A DNA stretch of 64,000 nt. Source: Vicugna vicugna. Taxonomy: Eukaryota. The notes under the pieces were generated by a model. The model had not been told where the DNA came from. It saw nothing but the letters and a program-made list of their open reading frames with translations, and did not search any database. The stretch is taken from positions 2,901,967 to 2,965,966 of the forward strand of contig MU058636.1 in the NCBI GenBank assembly GCA_013265495.1. Direction: 5' to 3'. Each line of letters starts with the position of its first letter. Within the stretch, counting starts at the first letter, position 1. This document shows positions 50,745 to 61,640 of this stretch, piece after piece. The position numbers were made by a program, and so were the translations under genes.

Positions 50745-51150
50745 TGCGCCCAAGTCCCAACTCCCAGAACCCATGCCTGTGACCTTCCTCGGGGAAGTGT
50801 GTTTGCAGGTGCATTTAAGTTTGGGGTCTTGAGTTGATGTCACCATGGAGTTAGGGTGGGTCCCACATCCAGTGCCAGGTGTCCTGGTAAGGGGAGAGCA
50901 GAGGCAGGTCTGAGACACTGATGCGCCAGGGAGAAGGCACATGAGGATGAAGCAGAGGCCGGAGTGTGGGCGCCCAAGCCAAGGACACCAGAAGGAGAAA
51001 ACAAGGATCCTCCTCTGGAAGCTTCAGAGGGAGCGTGGCCTGGCTGACACCTTGATTTTGGATTTCTGGCCTGCAGAACTATGAGAGGGTAAATTTCTGT
51101 TTTCTCAAGCCAGCCAGTTTGGGGTGATTCCTCACAGCATCCCTAAAAAC
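50745..51150 (+). mobile_element. MaLR LTR, MLT1C-like
   Basis: tgtgacctt...tttgcaggtg...ttagggtgggtccc..atccagtg...ggctgacaccttgattttggatttctggcctgcagaactatgagag. Confidence 0.85.
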
Positions 51151-51882
51151 CGATCGAGGGTTCTGTGGCCCCTCGTCCTGAGGCCTGACTTCCTAGCCAC
51201 ACCCCCCCTCAGCCCCCAGGGTAAGCGGTTACCCACTTCCCAGGAGAAATGCAACCAAGACAGGGAGGCCGCTGTCTGCCAGGGCACCCTCCCTTGTAGG
51301 GAGAGCCTGGGGCAGAAGGCAGATGCTGGCTGTGGTCTAGCATCAGAAAGGACCCCACTCAGGCACTGGGGGGACCCCTCTTCCCAGCCGGACTCTGGGC
51401 AGCTCCCTGGCGTCCAGCCAGGCCCTCCCTCCTTGCTGGGGGCACTCCGTGGGTTTGGCTTTGGTGATCTCCAGGGTCACCCCAGGGGTTCTCCCTGCCC
51501 TTCTCTGAACAGGGCGTGATCTGGGTGTCGGCTGCACAGCATCACAGGCCAGTGGCCTCCCTGAGCCACCTTGAGTTCTGAGTGACCCAGCTGCTCTGGT
51601 CACAGGTTCTACCCACAGTTCCCACCGATGGCTAATCCCAGCTGCTCCTTGGGGGTTCTCTAGTTTCACTCTAAGCGTGATATCCGAGTTCTCAGAGGGT
51701 GGGGGCACCTCGCGGGTGGGGCTCCACCTCACGGGCGAGGTGGCTGACACGGCTCTCCTGGGGGTCCCCGCCCTGGGACAGAGCTGGTCCTCTGTGAGCT
51801 GAGTGGCCACAGCAGGATGGCAAAGTGACGCCCTCCGCTGAGTTTCACCGGGCAGGTTCGTCCTCACTGCTGTTGTTCTCCC

Positions 51883-52291
51883 GTGTGTATGTGGGTGTGT
51901 GTCTGTGTGTGTCTATGTGTGTGTGTCTGTGTGTATCTGTGTGTCTGTGTGTATGTGTGTGTCTATGTGTGTGTGTCTGTGTGTGTCTGTATGTATGTGG
52001 GTGTGTGTCTGTGTGTGTCTGTATGTCTGTGGGTGTGTGTCTGTGTGTGTCTATGTGTGTGTGTCTGTGTGTGTCTGTGTGTATGTGTGTATGTGTGTGT
52101 CTATGTGTGTGTGTCTGTGTGTCTGTGTGTGTCTGTATGTATGTGGGTGTGTGTCTGTGTGTGTATCTGTGTACGTGTCTGCGTGTCTGTGTGTATGTGT
52201 GTGTGTGTCTGTGTGTATGTGTGTGTGTGTGTGTCTGTGTGTGTGTATCTGTGTGCGTGGCTGCGTGGCTGTGGGTGTGTGAGAGAGAGAG
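51883..52291. repeat. ~410-bp compound (TG)n-based repeat (TG/TC/TA variants) ending in (GA)n
   Basis: Directly visible; source of the spurious CV- and HT-rich ORFs. Confidence 0.95.
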
Positions 52292-55200
52292 ACGAGGCGG
52301 GTGTGCTCCAACGGGAGGCGGTCACTGGCCACCTAAGGCTTTGACTTTCTCTCACTAAATAAAGGGAGGCTTTAAGGCTCTTGCTCTTTTCCCTCTTAAA
52401 GCTAAAATCCTGAGATTTTCAAAAGAATTTCAAACCAGAAATAAGAAGTTCACGAGTGCTTTCAACAACTCGAGCTTCCAGAGAACTCCAAGCCCACAAG
52501 GGAAAAAAGAACTTTTCAGATCCTCTTCCTCATCAATTTTGTGTCTGTAGAACCTAACCCTCTGGCAGAATGTGCTAGTTACCATGAGGGACTCCCTCTG
52601 TTTTTTGTTCATTTTTGCAACATCTGTCCCTGAGCCACCTTCCTGGGGACCAGGCTGCCGCCCACGGTAGGGGGGGGGTTGGTGCCCGAAGCCAGGTCAG
52701 AGATTTCTGCCGGTCCCCAGGGCGAGTGAGCGGCCAGTGCCCCCTCTCAGCTCAGCGCCCCCCACTTTTCCAGCCCCCCATCCATTCCTGACTGCCCTCT
52801 TCTTGACAGATTCCCTCGACCCATGATAAAGAAGGACAGTAAAACCAAGGACTCGTGATGAAGAAAGAAACAGAGGTACAGACGGGGGAAAAGCCGAGAC
52901 AGGGTAATGAGGTCCCCAAGCACAGGTCTGTCCAGCCCCGGGTTCCCCTCGGAGCCCAGCGGCCCCACCACCTCAGACTCTCAGGACGTTAGAGGGACAC
53001 TCAGCTGAGGGCGCGGCCTCACGAGCTGCCCTCTGTGGGAGCGCTTTGTGCGATTTCCATTCCTTCCTTGCTTTGTCCACCCTGGGTGTGTGGACCTGGT
53101 TTGGGGAGTGGGGAGTGCGGGTGAGTAGGGACTGATCTCCCAGGAATGTCCCTTCTTGTGACGCTAGGCCACCATCGGTCTTGTCATACACAGCCCTACA
53201 GAGTGGAAAGGCCAGCCCAGGTGCAGACGCCACCCAGGGCTCACGGGAACTTGTGAGTAACTCTGGTTTCCGAGACAGGTGAGGCGAAGGCCAGACAAAC
53301 AGCCTAGGAGTGTACGTATTCAGATACAGTCTGAGATACAGATACGGCCCAGCTGTGGTCGAGTCCTCCTGGGCTCGTGCACGCGTTCATCCCATTTGCA
53401 GTAGCAACGGTGTGCCCTCCCTGTGCCGGGCCTTGTGCGTGACACCGGGGAGAGCCCGATGAGCAACCTGCATGGGTCCTGCCTGGACCCGGGGGTTGGT
53501 CTTCCTTCCCTAATGCTGAGGAAGTGCCCAGGCAGGAGAGCATGGCTGTCTCCTCCCTGCCCGAGTGTGGGGATACTGGGGTGCAGGGCCTGCCCCAGCT
53601 CCTCTGATGGATGCCCCAGCTCAGGTCCGCAGGGAGGGAGCCCAGGGCTCTGTCACCCCCATCGCCAAACTGGCTTCTGGCCCCGGGCCTGGCATCGCTC
53701 TTTCAGGCGTATAGCGCCCTCTGTTGGGGACCTACACCCAGTGCCCTGGCCTGGAGCTGGGACACCTTCCCTGCTCACCCGAGCCCTGTGTGCCTTGTTC
53801 ACGCACCCACCCACCCACCCATCCATCCACCCGCCCAAACAGCCACTGCTGAGTGCCCAGCCCTGTTTAGGGGATGAGGCTATAAAAAGGTAAAGGTCAC
53901 TGTTCAGTCTTCTCACAGGTTCCAAGTTCAACTCCCTTTCCTTGAATGAGGATCCCAGTGCTGGTAGATGGATGGGGGAAGGGGTGCATTCGAGGTCCCA
54001 TGATCTCTTCCTAATGACCTGGGCCGAGCGGTCCTCCTGTCAAGTGCGCCCTTTGTGGGGTCCTTTGCTTCCTAGAGCTCCCGACCTAAGTGGGCAGATC
54101 CACCCACCCTGACCTGGTGCTGCATGTGGACCAGTGGATTTAATTCCCCCGGGGGGACAAACTCCTGTCCCCCAAACCCACCTCTACTCCCTCGAAACCC
54201 CTCCTCTCCCCTCCCTAAAGGGAGCCCGCTGGCCACAGACACGCGCGAGGCCCGACCTAGCGAACGTGCAGGCACCCTGCCCTCCTCCGAAAGTGGTTAA
54301 ACCACCCGCACCGCACTACTGCTCTCAAGTCGCCTACCTCCCCTTCCCCAAATCAGAATTACCAAGTCACCCTCGACAACCTCCGGGCTCCCCGGGACCC
54401 GAAGTTAATTTACTTCCAGAGTTGCTAATGCTCTGTTTACAGCCGAAGCGAGCTCGTGATTTATGGGAGAAATAAGACTAATTTCCCCCAAAGAGATGAG
54501 AACCGGCAGTTGTATTTTTCATTTTGGAAGCCTGCAATTTGACTGCATGGGGTGCAAACTGAGAAAGAAAGCAGAGCAGAAAACCAAGCTGTTGTGACAG
54601 ATGTGAGAAGGGGTGGCATGAACTATGGGCCGTCAGAACGAGCCTCCCGGAGGCTTAATTGGGCGAGTCACGCGTCGCGGCTCTGAAAAGGGCAGCGTAA
54701 TTATCTATCACTGCGCTGTTACAGGCACCGGGCTGAGTGTCACCTCTTGCCGCGCCTGTCTCTCCCGGGCTCTTTTTGGTACTCGTGGGAAAGGTTCTCA
54801 GTGTTTGTAAGCAAATGAAAAGGGTATTATTTTTTAATTATAAGTGTCTGTTGGGTAGAGAGAGAGGTTATGCCTTTTGGACAACAGCCTCTCACTGTCG
54901 CCGCTGACACAGGAGCACGAGATGCATTTCAGCAGTGGGTGCTTTTAACCATCGAGTCCCACCCCCTGGCTGCAGGAAGCCGTTACCAAGTGAGGAGACC
55001 TCATCGCCAAAGATCAGCATCGCTGTCATCACACGTGCACTGGCGGCGCCCCACACACTCCATGCTCTGCTGCACGCTGTTGGGGCTGTGAACAACATAT
55101 GCCCAGGCTGCCCTGCACAGCTACACGCATGGGGAACAAGCATGCATAGTAGCTGAGAAGCCAGCTTCCCCAGATCTCTGGCTCTGAGCACGCCCCTGCC

Positions 55201-56974
55201 TCAACCCTGAGCCTAAATTCTCTGAGGAACTGAGTGATGTTTCTGTGATTTGTTTTTGTTCTGAATTCACTACCAAGGCCAATTTGTGGCCACCTGTCAC
55301 AGGTTGGGGAGGGCCCGGGTGAAAGCTGGTTTCGATGCCTGCTATTCAGATGCAGGCTCGGTCCTGGGAGCCAGACATTGAGTCTAGACGCTTCCAAGCC
55401 AAGGAGGCCCCTCATGCCAGTCGGGTTCTGGGCCCCAGATGCAAACATGTTCCTCCGGTGTCTCAAACAGCTTTTGTTTGTGTGTGTTTTGTGTCTGAGC
55501 TCATCCATCTGGCTCTCCTTCTGCCACCTTTTCTCCTGTTTACACTCACAGTCTCGATGTGTCTTCCAGCTCCTTCCAAACCAATTATGCTATAGACAGA
55601 TTTAGTCCATTTCCAGGCCAGATGCTCAGATACATCCCTTTCTGCATTAAAAATAATCAGAGTAGGCTCCCAGCCAGCCACGGGATTTACAGACCCTTGA
55701 AATTCTAGGAGAAATCCACAGAAACTTTCCTGATTCTGGCACAATCCCCAGATTCATTCATCGGGGGGAAAAGGCCTTGATTTCATATGAGTGTGGGAAA
55801 CATCCTGAGTGTGGGTCAGAGCAGCCCCTCTCTCCCGGGCAGAAGTCCTGGCCCGGACCAGCAGTATGGTTCTCTCCTGACGAGACGGGCCTCCCGTGCG
55901 GGGCCTCGCACCACTTCTGGGCCAGTGAGCGGCTTCGGAGCTGTCTCCCCGCACTTGGCCACCTTCCCCTCCAGCCTGGGGAGCCGGGCTTCCTCGTCAG
56001 CACTACGCCCCGCTCTGCTCGTCTTCGGGTGCTGTCTGTACAGGTCCCTCGTATTCTCACTGTGTTTAAGGGAGGATCGTCATTTCTCAGCTCATCTTAA
56101 AGCTCCAGGAAAGGGTCTGCTGATGGAATGGTTCTGACGTCCTGAGGAGAAAAAGCTTCCGTTTTCTCCCGCCAGGGGAGGATGCCAATCCCTTGGCTGG
56201 AGCCAGTGGAGAGCTTCCAGAGCAGGTGTTTGTGCTGCCGGGAAACACAGACGACATTCCAGGATCTCCTGCTGACGGGAGAGCCGCCCACAGGCAGATG
56301 CCTCTTCTCCATTCATGCTCACATGAAGGCCTGCCTTGGCCTCCCGGGGAGAAAAGCCAGGCTTAGAATCCAGTGTACGAGAGACTCCAGTCTACTCCCG
56401 GGGACCTCAGTGTAGACGAGGCCCAGGAGCCTGCAGGTGAATCTGATGGAGGCAGTCACCCGCTGCAGAATCCTGGCCACACGGTGGCGTGGCCTCGCTT
56501 TCTCTCCCAGGATGCTGAGCTCCAAACACAGGTGCCCCTCACGGAGGAGCCGCAGGTTGCAAGCAGAGTGAGAGTCCAGTAAGCCTCTGGGCGTCTGGGG
56601 CTTAGAGCAGAGGGGGACCTGTCGCCCCTGGGAGCGGGCGAAGGACTGTGCGTGCAAACTACAGCAAACGTAAAGGCAGAGGAACAGTCCCAAGTCACCC
56701 GGAGGAGCCATTGGCCAAGGGGTCTGAGGAAAGGGGAGGGATGCAATGTCATGCGAGGTCCTCCCAACACCAGAGGTTAGCCCTGGAGGTCAGGGCTTCT
56801 CAAACAAAACCAGCTCATTCACTGATCATCAACATCGCCACTAACTACAATGCATACTATTATATACGATCCATTTGGTATCATCTGATGGACATTTACT
56901 CTGTGCCGCGGGGGCGGGTCCTTCCTGTGGGAGGAGACATGTGTGAAGACCCTGCAGAGCACACTGCTCCCTCC

Positions 56975-57140
56975 CACCACTGGCTCCTCACAGCGTGGTC
57001 CACGGCATCAGCTTCAGATAGAGGAGCGTTACTGTAAATGCAGGCCCTCAGGCCCCCAGCCCTCCTGAGTCAGAGTCTGCCTTTCATCCAGACCCTCCAG
57101 GGGATCTGAAGGCATGTTAAAAATTGAGAGGCACCGCTCT
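56975..57140. mobile_element. MER5-like DNA transposon
   Basis: gcatcagc...gagcgttactgtaaatgcagg.cctcaggcccc...ctgagtcagagtctgc...ttgagaggcac. Confidence 0.6.
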
Positions 57141-59728
57141 GCTCCCCTTAAACCCCACGAGCTGGGATCTGTATCTCCCCATCAGTGATGCCTTCTCTGG
57201 GTTTTGAACAAATAAATGTGCCTCAGCCCAAGCCTTTCTTTTTTATTTTAAAGGCATGAGCGCAGATTCCTATTCATAAATGAATTCCATGTGAGTGATT
57301 TCTGATGCCAGAGGGGACACTGCATGGCTGGGGACTGGGAAGGGAGAGGGCAACTGCAGTGACTCAGAAGGGAGTCTCTCCTGTCCTGTCAGCCGGGCCA
57401 CCTTGGCTCCTCAAGGTGGGGGGCATGGGGAGGGGGTTTGAAAGTCCTTAGCATACTGCTCACCCCTCTCACCCTAACACCCACCCTGGAGCTGGGTTAA
57501 TAAGATGACTTTAAGACCTGGCGCCACCTGCTGATTATTGCACTGGCGGGCTGGACCATCCAGTCATCCTTTCCTGATGTGGTCTCCAGCCAGGAGCCTG
57601 TGGCTTCCCCTGGTCCCCACCCTCCACCCCCAGGAGAGGATGCGTGTCTCCGGCTCAGCAGCCTCTGACTCAGAGCAGCCCCGCCCTTTCAGGCTTCGGC
57701 CACAGGGAAGGAAAGTTAGAGGGTATTTTTGCCCCCACCACCTGGACTTGGCTGAGTGGGACGACAGCTCGGGGAGCCCGGGGGGAGCCAGCAGGCACTC
57801 TCTCTGGGTTGGAGCCCCTATACCAACTCAGGGCCCTCCTGACACCCCTCTCGCAGCAGGAAGCGGCTTCTCCCATTCCAAGTGCCTCAACCTCTGTGTT
57901 CTCAGCTCCTTTAGCCCCTGTCACCCTGGGGAAACTCTCGTGATCCTTCCTATCTTCTGGCCCCGCCAGGCTGTAAACCCACCGCCAGCAGGGACCAGAC
58001 CGGGCTCATCTTTGCCCCACTGCGGCAGAAGTCCAATGAAGTGCAGAGTCTTAGAGATGTGTTTTATACACAGCCAGGTCTACCCCTTGTTAAACTGCTA
58101 CCCTAAGCCCCCAGCCACAGAAACATAAGACCTGCATTTCCTGGTGCCGTGGACATGGACGGGGCCTCCTGTGGGGGGTGGGGGTGGGGGAGCCAGTGAC
58201 AACAGGAGGGCACAGGGACCCAGCTTTGTACACTGCTCTAAACGCAGGCGCGCTGGAGGCCGTCAGGCCAGGGGCGAGCTCCCAGGATGGAGCCGTCAGC
58301 TGAGCTGGGACAGGCCTCGTCTCCCAGACTTCTGGTCTGACATTTCCTCCAGAACAAAGCCTGTTCGAGTTTTTACCATCTCCCAGAATAATGATCAGAT
58401 TAAGTGTGACTAATTGGTTGGAGTGCTCGTCTTCACAAGCTGGTGGGGAGAAGGCTTGCTCGTTGGCCTCGGAGCTGGAGCTACTGTGCCTTAACCATCT
58501 GCCCACAGTGGTGGCATCCTCTGAGCCTCCCACCTGTTCTACCAATGAATGAAGGACCCTCCGGGGTGGACTGGGGCCTGGAGAAAATACGTAAGTTTTA
58601 AGGAAGGTCCTCTAGTCCTAATACAGTCTTGCTTGGCTACTATAATCAATACTATAATTATAATAAATATATATAATTATATATAATGTATTATATTATG
58701 TAATTATAGTAAATTCTAATAAAAAGTCATTGCTGAGCAGGGACAGCAAGGAAGGAGTTTCAGGTGCATCAACATCAGATGCAGAAACTGCTGCAAAGAG
58801 AAATTCTTTGCCGAGTCTCCAGTTTCCTCAGCTGCAAAATGGTGACACTGTTAATTTTCTCGCAAGGCTTTCTGGAGGAACAGATGAGAAAACAGAAATG
58901 GAACTGCCTCGCTCATATTAGGTATTTGGTAAATGTTTGCACCATCTGCAATCTTGCTGTTTACCCCCGAGTAGAACATGGAACAGGGAAAAGTCTATCT
59001 TGGAGTCAATCCCCACGGCCTGGTTTCCCGGCACACCAGACGCGTATTATTTGAAGGCAATTTGACTCAAAGGTATTCGTGTTCGTGGAGGAGCTCTGCT
59101 GTATCACAGGGCACCCTGAAGCAAGACAGGGCCTCGGCTCCCTCTGAGAGACTCACCAAGAGACTGCAGAAACTCAAAAGGATTCTTTCCTGCCTCTCTT
59201 TTTTGAACACAGAACCACTTTAATCAGCCTACCTTCCCACCTGTGGGCTCACATAAACCAACAGAGGGCAACCTTCCTGTTGGAAGAGACTTCTTGGGCC
59301 CACCCTCTCCTTAAAGCGTGTCATCACAAGCCACTCTTAGGCTGCGGGGTTCTCTGGGGTGGCCAGAGACAGCCAGTGGCCCCTATTCAAAAGGATTTAC
59401 TTCTCACCATATGTATAAGGGCTGACGTTCATTTTGCAAGCATTATTTAAGTATTTAGGAAAGTTCTGTTCATTCGACAATCAAAGCGCTTGAAAAGAAA
59501 ATTAAGTATATTTTCATTATAAACACACTATGAAATGTCCAAAGGAGTGTAACTAACCAAAAGCCCTAAAGTCCTGTTGTAAACAATCACATGAATTTAA
59601 ATGGATCTGTATGTAAAATAAGATGGGTTAAGTTTAACTTAAAAGCTTGAGAAAACCTGGGGTTGTCAGTGTGTGACTTTAAAAAAAAATGAATTCTGTA
59701 TTAATTTTTAACCCCAAAGTCTTTTGTA

Positions 59729-59752
59729 TGTGTGTGTGTGTGTGTGTGTGTG
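59729..59752. repeat. (TG)12 microsatellite
   Basis: Directly visible. Confidence 0.9.
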
Positions 59753-60374
59753 CTCAAAGTCTCCTTTCAGAACCACACACCCATGCAAGAGTGAAAGTAC
59801 ACAGGGTAAATCAGGGGAACATGACTTCTCTTACCTGCCCTTCTGAGTGAGGTTCTTTTCTCGCTGGATCTGGTTTTGCCCTTTGAGGGAGAGAAGAAAA
59901 ATGTGGATTCAGTGTGTGTTAGAGGTGGATGATTCCACGTGCTGAGCTCTATTTTTCTGGTAAACAGTAATGCCTCCCGCCCTTTCTCCTCCTGATGAAT
60001 GACCTTCCATCGTGATTCTGTCTCCCTGAGATATCCCATCTGCTCTGGGTCCCTCTGTGACTTCTCTTCCTAACACCGGGCCCCCTGTGCATCTCCTAGC
60101 AGTCCCTAGGATAAAGTCAGCACATCTGTATGATCTCCTGTGCCTCCTCCCCTTTGTTTCTTGTCACCAGGCTTAGAACCTCAGGCATCTTGTTTTGCAC
60201 TCTTTTTTACTGAAGTACAGTCAGTTTACAATGTCAGTTTCATCCTTGGGCATCTTTAATGTCACTGCCGTGGTCCCACTTTTAATTCTTGTCTCAGGAA
60301 TTTCCTTACCACTGCCATTACCATCGGAGGTCAATTTCTTACTTCCAGACCACGAGAACTTTTTTTTGGAGGGA

Positions 60375-60530
60375 GGGTTTTTTTTTTTTGATTGACATGC
60401 AATTCGTATACCATGAAATTCACTCTTTTACAGTGTACAATTCTGTGTGTGGTTTTGAATATATCATCAGATATGTGCAACTAAAACGACTATCTAATTC
60501 CAGAACATTTTTATCGTCCCCCAAAGAAAT
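60375..60530 (-). mobile_element. L1MA/MB-type 3' terminus
   Basis: Poly-T, attgacatgcaattc.tatacca..aaattcac.cttt..agtgtacaattc...ttccagaacattttt. Confidence 0.8.
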
Positions 60531-60729
60531 CCCGGACAGTGACTTTGGAATGAGTTTTGTTGCTGGTTAATTAAATACACACAGAGGTGGTTTAAGGGTT
60601 AAGCCCTGCTCTGTTCAGATCCTCAGGGTGCTGTATTGGCCTTACTGCGGTGAGTGTGCTGCTGCCGCCTGGGCCCCAAGCCCCAGCAATACGACCTACT
60701 GTCTTTGTGGCCTTGAGATTTCCAGTGCC

Positions 60730-61142
60730 CAGTTTTGTTGTTGTTTTTGCTGAAGTAAAGTTGCTTTACAGTGTTGTGTTGGTTTCTGGTGCACAGCACA
60801 GTGATGCAGTTACACAGAAATATATTCTTTCTCATTACAGGTCATTACAAGGTATTACATTGAGTTCCCTGTGCTCTACAGTAGGTCCCGGTTGCTCATC
60901 TATTTTACATATAGTAGTTTGTGTCTGCTAATCCCAAACTCCCTATTTATCCCTCTCCTCCTTTCCCCTTTGGTACCCATAGGTTTGTTTTCTATTCTGT
61001 GAGTCTCTTTCTATTTTGTAAATAGGTTCGTTTGTGTCATTTTTTTAGGTTCCACATATAAGTGATACCATATATTTGTTTTTCTGTGTCTGACTTACTT
61101 CAGTGTTGCTGCAAATGGCGTTATTTCATTCTTTTTTTATGC
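60730..61142 (-). mobile_element. Camelid-type L1 3' end
   Basis: tgaagtaaagttgctttacagtgttgtgtt..tttctggtgcacagca...gttccctgtgctctacagtaggtcc. Confidence 0.85.
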
Positions 61143-61269
61143 CTTGCTCCGGTACATGAAGAGGCGGGGTCTCAGGTGGGCCCACTTCCAGAAGGCGTTG
61201 CCTCGTAGCTGGGACGAAGCACACGGCCTCGCCTCAACCAGCTGGGACTGGGTTTGACTGCAGATGAAA

Positions 61270-61640
61270 GGAAACTCCAAACATCAGGAGCCTAAGTGTT
61301 ATCAAAGTGTACTTCTTTTCAGGGAACTAGGCCTCTGCTGCTGCTCTGCCACCCTCGACACAGGACTTCTACCTCATTGTTCCAGACAACCTCCTGGACT
61401 CCAGCCATCACAGCCATGCTTCTCTCAGCAGCGAGCGATACATCAGGAGGAAAGACTTTCCTTTAACGATACTTCACAGAAGTCGTATGTGACACCTCTT
61501 GTATTTCATTGGTTAAAATTTAGTCAGGTGACCACCCCAGCTCAAGGGAGGTTTGGAAACACGTTGTGGCCAGCTAAAAATGAGATGTTCTAATACTACA
61601 GAGGAGGGGGTAAGAAGGGTGCACTTGGTGGTCGTTGCTA
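61270..61640 (-). mobile_element. MaLR LTR (MLT1J/K-like)
   Basis: ctccagccatcaca...tttcattggttaaaatttagtca..tgaccacccc.agct.aagggagg.ttggaaa. Confidence 0.65.

Noticed and set aside
51825..52358. ORFs rich in CV or HT dipeptides
   Set aside because: Translation of the (TG)n repeat
57066..57672. Three AP-1 heptamers ~300 bp apart (57066, 57360, 57666)
   Set aside because: One lies in a MER5 element and there is no surrounding repeat unit, so the spacing is probably coincidental
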